DNA from: Mnemiopsis leidyi
Taxonomy: Eukaryota
NCBI GenBank assembly: GCA_048537945.1
Contig: CM108484.1
Span: 9,123,785-9,187,784, forward strand
DNA length: 64,000 nt
Direction: 5' to 3'
This document shows, piece after piece, positions 12,675 to 25,544 of this stretch. Below the pieces are notes generated by a model. It ran no database searches, was not told where the DNA came from, and saw only the letters and a list, made by a program, of their open reading frames with translations. A program made the position numbers and the translations under genes. The first letter of the stretch is position 1. Every line of letters begins with the position of its first letter.

Positions 12675-13702
12675 GTTAGTGGCTCTATCAAGTCTTCACA
12701 ACTCTACTACGCTTATACTGTCTGTAAGCTGTGCGCGTTCGCGTTATGTGGAGGGGATAGCTTTGGTATAGCTACTGTGTTATAGCTACCGTGGTATAGC
12801 TACCGTTGTTCTACTAAGAAAAGTTTTCATTTTAATTAAGATTCAATCAATTATCTGCTGTCGCTATAATTGATTGCTGATTTCTTGTGAACAAAATATT
12901 GCCGTTACGGTGGCTGTTTCTAATCAAATAGCTAATGGCTCTGTATCTGCCAGAGACCCAGCTTGCAATAGGATATTATTAACTAAGTTTTGGTAAGTGA
13001 CATTCAAGAAACTGTCCTTCTACGTGTCAGTGATGTTGTGATGTGCCCGGAATTTATTTTACCGGTTTTTAAGTTCAAGCTCGCGTTGAGGAGGCATTTT
13101 TCGTGACTTATTAAGTAGCTTTAAACGGTGTAAACTAGGTATGTAGAGAATATGAGTAGAATCCATGTGAAGTGGTCTGAACGAGCAGGAGCGGAGTTAA
13201 AGCTCGCACATTCTTCTGCACACCTGTGTGTAATGTCGTTGTGATGTGATCAGCACAATACAATTTACACTGCTCATCTTACACACATACACACTCTCTC
13301 TCTCTGTCGCTTAAATAAACATCCTCGTTTCAGCAGGCGCGGGTGTGTACTTCGGATATTTGCTCTAAGTAACATTAGTCATTGCTCCTGTAGAAGTGTA
13401 TTCAGTACTCAGAGTGTGTATTATGTGTGCAATATACGATAGAGGTCCGCTCAATCTGCGTGAATTGTGTTTCACAGATAACACTATACAGTGTTGAAAA
13501 TCTGCGGTCTGAAATCGAGAAAATATATGACAATGTGCCACTGTTTGCTTCGTTTTGAAGATCCATCATTATATTAATGATAAGACTTAAGAAATAAACT
13601 TGGAAGATTATGTGTGATGGTGCTGACATCACTATTTATTAGTCATTGATAAATTTAGGCATTCAAGGTGAGTACGATCTAACTTAACCGCTTCCCGCTC
13701 AG

Positions 13703-13821
13703 GCGAACAACTGATGATAACAAGTGGTCCTGGATACAGTCCCATGCCAGGTATGTATGGAATGCCACAACAACAGATGCCACAGCAGCTCTATAACGGC
13801 GGCTATGTGGGAACCATGTGA
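13703..13821 (+). CDS. CLTC: clathrin heavy chain terminal coding exon (GEQLMITSGPGYSPMPGMYGMPQQQMPQQLYNGGYVGTM*), stop TGA 13819-13821
   Basis: cccgctcAG acceptor; the Gly/Pro/Met/Gln-rich tail is typical of a clathrin HC C-terminus. Confidence 0.85.
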
Positions 13822-14133
13822 TCTGATTACGTCACCAGAGGGATCAGGTGGTTGCTACGGCAACGGGGCATCACATCACGACACATTCTACAGCGGAGGA
13901 GGAGCCTGGTGTCCGATGGGTCACGTGATCTTGAGGACAAGAGAACTTTATTGCATGTGTGAGCTGGACTCGCGGCGCTTACGTTTATATATACCCCTTT
14001 AGATACCGCATTTAACACATATTATACATTTCTTGTATATAGTACGATGTTTACTATAGTAACACTCTAAATGTATAGTATATGATTACATAAGATTCGT
14101 GTGAGTCGGCAAATTATGTGGACTGTATTATTA

Positions 14134-14565
14134 GGGGTCGTTCACATATGACGTCATCACCTAGGGGGGGAGGGGGGTTTCCAAATGATGATGATTGATG
14201 ACGAGGGGGGGAGGGGGGGTTTGGCCAATGATGATGTCATCAAAAATTTTTAGGATTAATAGGATTTTTTTGAAAATTTTTGATCACTTTTAAAAAGTAA
14301 AATTTCCTATTCAGAAATCTGGTGAAATACTGTGTTTTCACTGACATAGTATAAAAAATTCAAATATGACTGCAAATCAAAAGACCTAAAATCCAGTTTT
14401 TTGACATGAAGTAGGGGGGGGGGGGTTCCGACTGTGATGATGTCATTATGTTAATTTACCTCTGACATTTAGGGGGGGTTTTGTCATGATGATGAATGAT
14501 GACGGAAGGGGGGGAGGGGGGTAAAAATTACCGAAAATTTGCTGACGTCATATGTGAACGACCCC
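14134..14565. mobile_element. MITE-like non-autonomous DNA transposon, ~432 bp, with 23-bp terminal inverted repeats (ggggtcgttcacatatgacgtca ... tgacgtcatatgtgaacgacccc), flanked by TTA on both sides (Harbinger/PIF-type 3-bp TSD)
   Basis: perfect TIRs read directly; G-rich gggggggaggggg internal motifs; a second family copy lies at 42121-43150. Confidence 0.7.
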
Positions 14566-15579
14566 TTATCATTAATTTAGTTTTTGTGTCGTGGTATCAA
14601 AATAATTTAGTTTTTCATTTCAAATATACATGACGTTGATGTTGTATAAAGATATCCAAGTAGGTAATGTGGCGCGCGCACGTGCTACTATTCGCAATGT
14701 ATGTTATGTAGTAAGGTTACGTAACAATTTAACGTATTATGTGATCTGTGACTCGCGTTTAATGGTTAATTACAATTTTGATAGCATTTGGTTTTTAATG
14801 AGTAGCGGTCCCCGCTATCATGAAGGTTGAGGCGACTAAAAAGTCAAATTAACCCCGCTCTTTTTGATGCTTTTGTGAGTTATAGGTGATTTATGATTAA
14901 GCTGCTAGCTTTAGCTACCAACCTGCCGCAGGAAAGCCTTTATTTTAACGTTATTATGGTGTAGAAGTAAGTACATTCCTAGCTTGTATAGTAATTTATA
15001 CTGTACTCTTAAGTTTGATACGTGAGGAGTGGCCAATCCTGAAGTCACGGATCTAACTCTGAAGGTCCCCTCGCCGATATTGTGGGTTATAATTGTTGAA
15101 AGTGAGAACATTTTACGGTAGTGCCCCAATTCGAATTGACTTGATTTAGTGCCCGATGAATAATTGTGCGGTCAAAGATGAATTTTTGTTTTTGAAATCA
15201 ACCAACCTTTATCTTGTTAAATTAGTGTTAGAACATGCGTTGAATATTAGTGCAGCAATATCTTGAACAAGATGAATATTACTAATTAAAATTGTGTTGT
15301 GATTCTCTTACATCTATCATTGATGAAAATATTTTTATTTGTCATCCTTGCAGTTCAACCATAAGTTAAAGCTAAAAATCGTTTAGCTAAATATGTAAAT
15401 AGCATCATGATCATGATCAAATTCACATCTAAACCGGAACCGAAACTGAGCACTGAGATCTCCACTTAATAATGGTTAAATTTGATAAGTAAAAACACCA
15501 GGAAAAGTTTACAATTACTGTACGGATCATCATCATACCCTTGCAGTTGCACCTTGACGAAATAAAATCACAGTTTATG

Positions 15580-16260
15580 GTCTGACGTTCTAGAATCTAG
15601 CGACACGTAGGCGACCGTAAAGGTTGATAACTTGTCGCGGTGATACCCGACTCACGCAGCTAAAGTTTCGTTAGAACGTTAGACGGATATAATCTCGTCA
15701 AGTTGATTTGTCTGACTTTGTCCGACCCTCATTCGAAGCGAATAGAGAATAAAATGACGGGAGGGTGCGCGCTGCTGTACAACAAAGACTGAGGTCCCCT
15801 TAGTTGTACGGCAGCGCGCACCCTCCCGTGTCCCGACATTTTATTCTCGGACGAGGGTCGGACAAAGTATCAGTTTTAAAGCAGCGCGCACCCTCCCGTC
15901 ATTTTATTCGCTTCGAATGAGGGTCGCTTCGAATGAGGGTCGGACAAAGTCAGACAAAGTATCACTATCAGACAAGAGGTCTCATGCAATTAGCATTGTA
16001 CAAAGTCAAACATTAACATGTAACAAGTTGTGACCCTTTACATTTAAAAATTTGTCTGACTCTCACTTAGTCACGTCCGACCCCTAATTTCCTGAGGACC
16101 TCAGGCTAATTGTTGCGGAGGAAAACGTAAAGAGACTGAGAGCCGCGCAACGCCCGGTAAACCCCTAAAATTAATGTGTCGGGAGGATCCGCGTACCGTT
16201 AAACAATTCAAAACTTTGTCGCGGTGATACCCGACTCACGCAGCTAAAGTTGCCAGCAAA
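15580..16260. repeat. Dispersed repeat family copy, flanked by direct repeats ttgtcgcggtgatacccgactcacgcagctaaagtt (15628-15663 and 16214-16249) and containing an internal hairpin (gtccgaccctcattcgaag / gacgggagggtgcgcgctgc motifs in inverted orientation)
   Basis: related copies at 44530-45130 and 52440-52520 share the tcgttagaacg..tagacggata and gtccgaccctcattcgaag motifs. Confidence 0.6.
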
Positions 16261-16290
16261 GAGAGTGTGTGCGAGACTGAGGGAGAGAGA

Positions 16291-16307
16291 TCAGAGACTG
16301 AGAGAGG

Positions 16308-16378
<71 letters not shown>
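16291..16378. repeat. (GA)n microsatellite
   Basis: direct reading; ORF 16267-16485 is an artefact of it. Confidence 0.95.
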
Positions 16379-16382
<4 letters not shown>

Positions 16383-17372
16383 AGAGACAGAGAGAGAGAC
16401 ACTAGACAGACAGAGACAGAGGGAGAGAGAGGGAATGGATATGGGAAGGGAAATGGTTATGGGGGCTATTGAAACTGAAAGATAAAATTAAAGCGACAAA
16501 GAATAATTGACATGCATTTCAATATTCTGATTCAGAATAAAAATCGAACAAAGATTTACATTCAACTTTAAGGGGTCCAAAATTAATGACCAGCATTTCA
16601 GTCAGCAGTGCAGACACCGTCTCTTTTATCTGTTATCGAGTGACGGTATCTCTACTTTAGGGGTTTGGGAGGTACGATGGTACAGGGGTAGCAGTAAGAT
16701 GAAGAGTGCACTGGGTGGTGCATGTTAGCACCCGGTGCCACCATGATACATTGCCCCGGAGACAGACCTTGGCAGCTCTGATAAGTGACCGAGTTAACTG
16801 CGAGATGATCTGCCAGCTCAGTGTACCTGGAAATCGGATAAAGTAAAGAGATAGTAATTTTAGCACATAGCAAGTCTTGAGCTAGCTTTAAGCTTAGCAA
16901 CACGACTGCGTTTACGATTTTTAGATCCTGACTTAATTCTTAGAGTATATCAAGAGTTTATCGTGATTGGTATCATTATCAATATTAATATTTAATCATA
17001 TATCATGTATAAAGTGGCCTGGTACCAAAATTACTTTTAAGCGGTGAAATTGAACCAACAAACCAGTATTTAGAGGTGAAGTGATGAAGTACAGCAAGAG
17101 TAGCGTAGTCAAGTAGATTTATTGGAAGAGAGTTAGGGCTTGTTGTTGCCACCCAAATACTCATGTTCTTTTCTCTGTGGTCTTCTACTAGTTTGTCAAG
17201 AGTGCTGAAAAGGAATGCTTTTGGAATTTGGGTTATGGTAAAACCAAGCTTATTTTCTAACTAACAGTAACAGTATATTTTACTTTTAGGGCAAGTTCAT
17301 TAAAATGAATCAAAAAGGACATTGTCAAAGATGAAAACATCACCAGACATCGCACGCAAATATCCGCGTTAC

Positions 17373-17573
17373 TCACTTTCCATTACACGGGTGAGTGAGA
17401 ACGTCCTGGTTATCGATGATAAGATATTTGGGATGTTTACTGGGGATAGCAGTAAACTGCTCCAGTGCTCCGCAGATCACTTCAGCGTCCATGTCCTCGT
17501 AGTTGGGAAAGTGCAGGGCGGTGATGCGACCCTCGCTCTCGGAGTTCAAGACTTCTTCTATATTGTTGTAAAT
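17373..17573 (-). CDS. terminal exon of P-loop gene (IYNNIEEVLNSESEGRITALHFPNYEDMDAEVICGALEQFTAIPSKHPKYLIIDNQDVLTHPCNGK*)
   Basis: cttcccAG acceptor; TGA stop (plus-strand coords 17373-17375). Confidence 0.6.
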   Translation of the reverse strand: MYNNIEEVLNSESEGRITALHFPNYEDMDAEVICGALEQFTAIPSKHPKYLIIDNQDVLTHPCNGK

Positions 17574-18048
17574 CTGGGAAGTATCACATTACTTTCATAT
17601 ATAGTTCTCCTGAACTGTTTCACCGATCGATGGCATGATGTGTTGTATAGCTAAAGTAGTAATAGTAGTTATAGTTTGACAGGTTATTTTCCAAGAATCA
17701 GAAAACCTTACCATCCACGGGAGCTCAGTCTTGGTAAATTCATCTTCAAATCTCGGCTCTGCGTGTATCTTGTCCTTCTTTGAAGACTTCCTCTGTTCAA
17801 CTTTTTCTCCTTCCTTAGGAGACTGGTTCGTTACAGCCCCCTGAAAGTTGCAGAGCTGTTTTAGGGGCGAAAAGTTCGTAAAGAAAAAAATTGTGTGATC
17901 GTGCGAGATTAATTCGATTTGGCCCCTGTAAGATAGACACCACTATGAATATTACAACCAGTTACCAAGGACTGAAGCGAACCTTAAAATTATTGAAGTA
18001 GCCAGTGAAGGACTCGAAAAGTTGGCTGAAGAAGCCGCTTGTTTTTAC

Positions 18049-18311
18049 CTCTGATGGCTGATCACCATCATTCTTCTTTTCTTCTTCCCGCTCTTCCTTG
18101 ATCTCCCCATCCTCTAAAGGTTCCCCGTCTAACAGCTCCACATTCTCGATACTCTCAGTCGGAGAATAAGGCTTCTCTACTTTCTCCAGAGGGGAGTCAG
18201 GTTTCTCCAGCACCTCGCAGGGCGAGTGTCTGGGTTCATCTATCTTCTCAAAGTCAGCCGCGTCTTTGTCCTCAGTTGGAGTTTCACTCTCTAGTTCCTC
18301 TTCAGAGAACT
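18049..18311 (-). CDS. acidic low-complexity exon (EFSEEELESETPTEDKDAADFEKIDEPRHSPCEVLEKPDSPLEKVEKPYSPTESIENVELLDGEPLEDGEIKEEREEEKKNDGDQPSE)
   Basis: tcattctcccAG acceptor, GTAAAA donor; in phase with neighbours. Confidence 0.6.
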
Positions 18312-18743
18312 CTGGGAGAATGATAACTTAAGTTGAGATGAGTCAAATGGTACATTAATTAAAAAGTGAACGATAAGACCTTTGAGTAAAACGGCTTATT
18401 AGACACAAATTGGTCAGCTAATATCAACTGTGTTTGAATATAAGTCTAATGGAACAATTCTAATTCCTTACCAGCATCATCATTTCCATTGACGATAAAA
18501 GTACGGGAGGCCGTTTGTTTTCCGGTGTTTTCGTCAAGAGCGGGGCAGGCTCTGAGAACTTTACCACTTGTGAACTCCAACAGTTTGTTTGTAGTGCAAC
18601 AACTCGAGCTTATTATCAGCACTAGGTGGAATTAAAATATAAGCTCTTAAAATATAAGCATAATCAATCTTTGATAGAGTATCACTAAAGAAGAATGGTG
18701 ATAAAGTAGATGAAAGATGCTTAAATATCACTAAGATATAGAC

Positions 18744-18896
18744 CTGTGGAAGGGGTAGTTTCGTTGTGAGCTCTGCCTAGGAGAGTAGCCAAAGTTGTTG
18801 TTTTTCCTGATCCAGGTAGTCCAACAACTGGAACAACAGATCTTTTGTCCGTGTTGAGATAAACCACCGTGTTGTTGTTTTCTTCTCTTTCAGCCA
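18744..18896 (-). CDS. P-loop exon (VAEREENNNTVVYLNTDKRSVVPVVGLPGSGKTTTLATLLGRAHNETTPST-)
   Basis: Walker A GxxxxGKT; acceptor gatttcttcacAG, donor GTCTAT. Confidence 0.65.
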
Positions 18897-21800
18897 CTGT
18901 GAAGAAATCATTAGCGTTAATCCACATTGCAATGGTTTAGATAATATTGCATTCTACTTCAGAAGAACACCTTCTGAAAACTCAACAGCTCTTTTAAAGG
19001 AAGGAGCCATTCCTGCAAATAAAACTCCCATCTCCAACATAAAACTTACCGGAATTAGTTCTCGATCTAGACTGTTCTCCTCGTTCGTTGTACGACACAT
19101 GACGGTCCCCCTCCTCAGATCTGGCTCGCGATTTCTTCTCAACGGCGGTGTTAATACCTACAGCAAGGTAGGAGTGACGATTCTTATTGGAACTGTCTAG
19201 AACTGTAGACGATATTCCGGTTCTCGGTTCCTCCTGAAATGTTCAGTTAGTTTAGTTTAGTTAGCAGATATTTCAGAAAAAGTTAAAAACTGAGATGTGA
19301 GCATAGATGCTATGATATTTGATTAAGTGGAACTCGGGTTATCTATCAATGGTAATATCATGTTTTCCAACACAACAACAGCTAACCAACACAACAACAG
19401 GTGATAAAGACAACTACCTGAGGTACAGATTTGGATCTCCTACGATTCCCCGGACTAAGTACGTTACGGAAGTACTGGTTCAACTTCTGGTACGTCATGT
19501 GGTAGGAGGTCCAATCTCTACAGTTGGGGTGGAACGAGGAGAACTCTTTGGAGATGCTCTTCACTCCTGATTGCTGGAGGTGTTTAACTTTCTTCACGAG
19601 ATCTATCACGTCTGAGTCTGTTACTATCTGAAACGGGATAATAAGACACTGTGATTAATATTGCCTACTTTTTAGATTTCACAGACCACAGTACTACTAA
19701 CGCATCAAGGACATGATTTCTGCCATATCAACTGTGTTGAATAAAAATAGTCGTGTCATAAGTTGGAAAGAGAGGTGTTGTGTTCTGTAACTTGAAGATC
19801 CCCTGATCTCTCCACGTCAAGGTTGTACTAAACCTACCTTTCTATCGTCATTTTGTCCGACAAGTTTCACACCGGGAATTGTTGTTATGGAATATTCTAG
19901 AACTTCCTCCATTTTCATGTGTCTGATTATGTCGTGCGGAGCGGCAAAGTCCTTCTTAATGATCCTGAACAGCAGCTCTATTTATACCGTTCAAATTGTT
20001 TATGTAAGAAGATAGATCACAGAAATAAATAACAAAGTTAGATTTTATGTTCAATAATCGTTCTGAAACCTCTAAATACACTTGCTTGCAAACCTGTAAA
20101 GATCGTTAAACTTAATGTTATGTCCGTTGGAGCTGTACGTTTGCTTTTGAACGAACTCCTTTACTCCTGGCCAGTTGCTGTATTTTCCCGCGATGGCCCC
20201 GTTCATGGCCTTGTGAACTTTGCCCTTGAGAATTTTCTGGAAACAGTCGTAAGGCAAGTTCATAGCCTCCCAGGATTCGTCCTCGTACCAGGATTTGTGG
20301 TTTTCCTTTATCACTCTCTCTACAGCTCCGGATCCTGAAATTTTTGCACTGTTTGACGAGGAGTCCGGACAGAAAGCACCTTGGAAGAACATGCTCATTC
20401 TGTGTCAGTATTCATATTACCTTCAACATCGCTCTCTCCATCTCAACAGCAATCTAGGTTTTCGAGTCAAAAACTTCCTCCCAGTAGAAGCTGTCCGCAG
20501 ACAGGTCAGGCTGCTTGGTTTAACTAATTAAACACACAAAACGGTACATGTTGTGTTCTCAAACACACAAAAAAGCTAAGACAATAAACGTACAAAAAGA
20601 AGGACTAACCCTTCATGAAGAAGTGGAGAGTAACACAACTGTCCATGAGGTAGCGGATACTGTGAGCAGTTCGGTACATTTTGTCTGGACCTTCTTCGTC
20701 ATACTCCAACAAAGGGATCTGCAAGTAGAAAGATGCATCACTGTGTCAGTTATAAACTTAAAAGCGATGATAATTGAAAAGTTTGTCCATGACTTCACCA
20801 AGATGCGACTCTAGCTGATGGTCCGATTAGTCGCCAGAAAAGGAAATTTACCTTGTCAGCAATAGCTCTAAGTTCTCTGATAACCTCCTCCTTCTCGGTG
20901 AAAACAGAAAACTCCCGTTTTATCTTGTTGTAAAGGTCGTTCTCATTGCGACAGTATTGGTTAGTTGAGGCCACGTAGGAAAGCAGCCAGCTGCTGCACT
21001 CCTCAAACCCTCCCATCAGGGCGGCCAGGTCAGGCTTTTCTGGAACCGTCTGTGTTTCTGGTAATAAGTTCCCGTTATTTTGTGTTGAAAATGAGGAACG
21101 TTACTCATAGGGAAGTGATTGTTTTGACACGAGAAAGCGTTTCTATATATTAACTGGTCGAATACTATTTCGCGTTTTACAATGGCTTAGAGATGTCAAA
21201 ACAAATAAGCAACATCCCCTCTCTCATTCACGGAAGTTAATCACAGTGTTCTGGGACATGTTATATACAAATATACTATGTACATTGATCAAGATGCAGG
21301 CTGAATCACCTGAATACTTAAACTCAAGATTGCCTCCCAACGAGCTGTCCTTATTATTTACCGTTCAAAGCTATGGACACTTAAAAATTTAAGACAATAG
21401 CTAGGTCCGGGACAGATAATTGTGAAAATCAGAAAAATATAAAGCTTCTTAGAGCTTAACTTACTTTAAGATGATTCTTACCAGAAGCCGTGCTGATATT
21501 GCTGGTGTTGATAACATCAGTGTCATTACATTTCAGTTCTGATGCCGACACTTGCTCAACTCTTAACTGTCCTTCCCTGACGATTTTCGTTAAATAAATA
21601 CAATGTTTTAGGATTGGAACAAAGAAAGATTTCGGATCATACTCGACTCGATACGGTGCTGGTCTATGAATTTTCTTAATTAACTGTGAGTGAAGTCATG
21701 TTCGTTCAAATGTCTGCTCAGAAATCATTGATGTAGCTTGGTTGATCCTCCGGCCCACCCACAACATCACACACTCGGCCCCACTTAGTACACACTCCTC

Positions 21801-21987
21801 CCCACTTGAACCACGGTTAAAGACAAAGGTTCAATTTTAGGCAAAAATGCTGTAATGAGCAATGAGCAGACTGTTTAGCCGATAATTTAAATGGAAGGTG
21901 AACTTAAAAAGTGAGATTTAAACCGTGGAAACTTTCCGTTTTTTAACATAATGATAAAGGCCAGGTACGATCAAACTAAAACACTAC

Positions 21988-22076
21988 CTGATCACAAGCT
22001 TTGCTTGTACAGAATTTTCAGATCCTTTTGATTCGTTAAGATCGGTCGAAACAGGACTGATTACTTCAGCAGACAT
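21988..22076 (-). CDS. first coding exon of P-loop gene (MSAEVISPVSTDLNESKGSENSVQAKLVI-)
   Basis: ATG on minus strand at 22074-22076; donor atcag|gtagtg. Confidence 0.5.
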
Positions 22077-22570
22077 AGTTGATATTTGATATCGCACAGG
22101 AAGACCAAAACCAAAGGAAGTTCAAGAAAAGTGGTCACGTCCCGCCATTTTCCATCTGTCCATCTCATTAAAACAACCAATAGGATGAGCGATTGTTGCC
22201 GCTCGACCAATCAAATTGCGAAAGAGTTATTATCATTAACGCCTCTTCCACAGTTACCGGTGAATGGATGAGGCACAGCTATGTTCATATTTGCTGCAAG
22301 ATAAGCGTTGTTAAAAGTTTGTGAAATACAATATTAATCAGTCGCTACACTCGCTTATTCCAATTGTTCACGACTAGCCGTTATATGTCTTACATTTACA
22401 CACATTACACGACATTATTTAAAACAACAGATGACTAAATGTGCTCATTTACAAAAACTTTTAGGTTACAGGTAAGCAGAGCTGTAACCTGACATGACTA
22501 GAATTTTACTTAAAATTGGCGGAGTTGCAATTAATGTCCGGCCCAAGAACGGTTATTACAGTGCTCTGAT

Positions 22571-25080
22571 AGGGGGGGTTCCAATGGTGAACTTTTGGGA
22601 ACTTTTGGGAATAAAAATCATTGCGAATTTGAAAATTTTTTTTGAAAAATTCCCAAAAGTTCCCAAAAGTTCACAATTTTTCAGACCATTTTTTTCCGTT
22701 TAACAATGATAATTTCGACTTAATGGACATAGAATATCAATTATTATCAATCAATCTACAATTGGACGGTATAACTGGTAGCATATTGAAAGTTTGGGCA
22801 TAATAAGCATGCCTGAAAAACTATGAGTATCGCTTCACCAGTAAACTTAAAAAATCAAAACCATCTGAATTACAGACACAGTCATATAATTTTCCAAAAA
22901 CCAATAAATTAGTTGCTCCCTTTGACCGGGGAGAGTCTCTTGGCTGTTCCCTATTAAAATAAAGTGATATTTCGATTTAGCCCGGGGTAGCAATTAACGT
23001 TAACTCCGTCAACTTTCTCTTTTTTATCATATCATTCTTTTTTAGCGCAATCGGGAATATAGTTCAATAGATTGATCAACTTACGACAGTCATAAGACTA
23101 ATTAAGAGATTTTGGCTTTTCAGACTATCAGCATCGAGATCACCATGAAATTCTGCACTAAAATGATGGTCCACTTTTCCTTTTAGCTCAAAGTTGAAAA
23201 TTCTCATTTTTGGGCAATTGAGGCCTATTAGGGCCAATTAAGGGGTGTTTTAAAAGTTTTCGCACTTTAAAACTATCACCATCGGAATTGCTGTAAAATT
23301 TTGCACAAGAATGATGGTCTAACTTTTTTTCTAGCCCAAAGTAAAAATTTCGTCTTTTTAAAATGTACTAACTTTAGGACGTCATAAATATATGATAACG
23401 TCATAAGACAAAGTTTTTACCCCACTCAAGTCAATAACTAGTCAACTGCCTTTAAAATCCGGGTTAATTCGTTGTTTTATCGTAAAAAATGTAGAAGTGA
23501 CAACGATTTGAAAATGGAAAAATATCAAAAACGACGCAAAAATCCGTCTTTTTGGGAGGTGTCTATTTCATGACGTCATAAAGTTATCAAAACAACACTG
23601 GAGAAAAATTTTACGCCGCGTTATTTGTTAACTAGTATACTGAGTTCAAAATGTGGTGTGTTTCGTCGCTCTATCTTTTAAATTGTTGTCGGAAAATTAA
23701 TTTGAAAATGGAAAATCAACGCCAAAATCGAAAAAATTACCAACTAAGGACAGTCATAAGACGGTTTTAAAGGGCTAAATATAAAATCGGGCTTCGTAAA
23801 CCACGTGTCTTTTCTGGCTGGAGGCACACATTGCGTTTTGCGACTGATATGAAGTGTGGTATACGACCCCCCCTCCCCCCTCCCCCCCACGACGCTTTTT
23901 TGCAAACGGATTGGAGCCCAAAAGGAAAGAGATAGAGACTTGAAAATTTCAGACAAGGTAGATTTCATCACGTTTTGTGGCTTAGGCTATGTTAAAATTC
24001 GCTCTGACCCCTCTTAAGGCCTTAAAGGCCCTAAAAAGGCCCAAAAAAGTCTCCAAATTGGGGGACGAATTGGGGCCCAAACGGAAAGAGATAGAGTCAT
24101 GAAAATTTCAGGTATTGTACATTTTAGCGGGTTCTATGGCTTAGGCTATGTGAAAAGTTGATCTGAAGGCCTTTAAGGGCCTTTAAAGGTCTTTAAGGCC
24201 TTAAAAATGAAAATTTTCAACTTTGAGCTAGAAGAAAAGTTAGACCAGTATTTTGATGTAAAATTTGGCGGGGAATCCGAATTTGATAGTTTCGGAGCCG
24301 ATAAATCATCATGTGACCCCTTAAGTATCCCCTTATAGGGCCCTTTAGGCCCCAAAATTGAAATTTTCAACTTTGACCTAGGAAAAAAGTCAGACCAGTA
24401 TTATGACGTAAAATTTGACGAGGAATCCGAATTTGATAGTTTCAAATCCAAAAAATTATCACGTGACCCCTTATAAGGTTCAAAAATGGAAATTTTTGAC
24501 TTTGAAATAGGAGAAAAGTTAGACAATTATTTTGACGTAAAATTTGACGAGGAATCCGAATTTGATAGTTTCGAATCCAAAAAATGATCACGTGACCCCT
24601 TAAGTGACCCCTTATAAGGTTCAAAAATGGAAATTTTCGACTTTGAAATAGGAGAAAAGTAAGACAAGTATTTTGACGTAAAATTTGACGAGGAATCCGT
24701 ATTTTATAGTTTCGAAGTCGAAAAATGGAAATTTTCAACTTGAAATTACAAGGAATCTGTAAACCACGTGTCTTTTCTGGCTGGAGGCCCGCTTTGCGTT
24801 TTGCGACTGATATTATTATAGTAGTGTTGGAATCATTGATTATATCTATTGTATCCATCAAATTAGGAAAAAAATTATTGAAAATCAACTCAATACCAAG
24901 CTTATTATGTTTAGAATTGGTAGAACCGTTAAAATCATATTATCCAGGCCGATGAGTAGGTAAGTTTCAAAATTTGTCTTAGGAATTGTGAACTTTTGGG
25001 AATAAAAACCATTGTGAATTTGAAAAATTTTTTTGAAAAATTCCCAAAAGTTCCAAAAAGTTCACCATTGGAACCCCCCC
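22571..25080. mobile_element. Foldback-type element (~2.5 kb): ~115-bp ends are inverted copies (gggggggttccaatggtgaacttttgggaa... / ...ttcccaaaagttc..accattggaaccccccc), each end itself a hairpin; interior holds ~120-bp tandem repeats (24150-24730) and duplicated segments (23760-23840 vs 24760-24830)
   Basis: inverted termini read directly; ORF 24442-24888 is a repeat artefact. Confidence 0.6.
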
Positions 25081-25544
25081 TCCGATATTAGAAACATTAC
25101 ATGTTCGTCACATTATTCGTTTGAAGTGTCACTGTCAGAAGTCTTGGTGATCAAATATGGGCCCGAATTGTCAAATTTTTATTATTATTTAGCCAAGTTT
25201 AGAGTACTACTTAAAACACGCTCGGCGGGAGAAAGCTTAAAGACTGTGTTACCGCAAACTCGGACTTTCATGAATATCTCAATATCAGGATGGTAACAAT
25301 TTTGGCATTTCTTGGTAACTACATTATTGAGAATATGTCAAATATTAGTCAAAATTTCGGCAATTTTTACCCTCACCCTCCCGTCATCCAGCGCAATGAT
25401 GGCCTAACCCTCCTGTTTACGTAATCAAGGTCTTACTCCCCCCTTCTGAAACTTAAAAATGTCCAGAATTTGACGATAAAGGTACGATATACGTGGACTG
25501 GGGTATAACATTTTTGCAGTTTGCAGTGAAAAGAGCTGGATAAT

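Larger units (their letters stand above)
1009..13821 (+). other. CLTC: Clathrin heavy chain gene span within window (exons listed separately); starts mid-protein, so the 5' exons are upstream of the window
   Basis: 23 exons translate, with consistent GT-AG boundaries and phases, to a protein >80% identical by eye to metazoan clathrin heavy chain (e.g. [77 protein letters not shown]), ending ...QLYNGGYVGTM*. Confidence 0.93.
17373..22076 (-). other. 13-exon gene encoding a ~740-aa protein with a Walker-A P-loop (VVGLPGSGKTTTLATLLGR) and an acidic Glu/Asp-rich region; family not identified
   Basis: exons 21988-22076 (ATG), 21482-21576, 20852-21057, 20610-20718, 20094-20334, 19838-19964, 19418-19627, 19050-19233, 18744-18896, 18472-18621, 18049-18311, 17712-17840, 17373-17573 (stop); all junctions GT-AG and all phases chain without stops. 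Confidence 0.6.

Noticed and set aside
16267-16485. ORF encoding (RE)n
   Set aside because: (GA)n microsatellite artefact.
24442-24888. 148-aa minus-strand ORF
   Set aside because: Lies in the 120-bp tandem array of the foldback element; internally repetitive translation.
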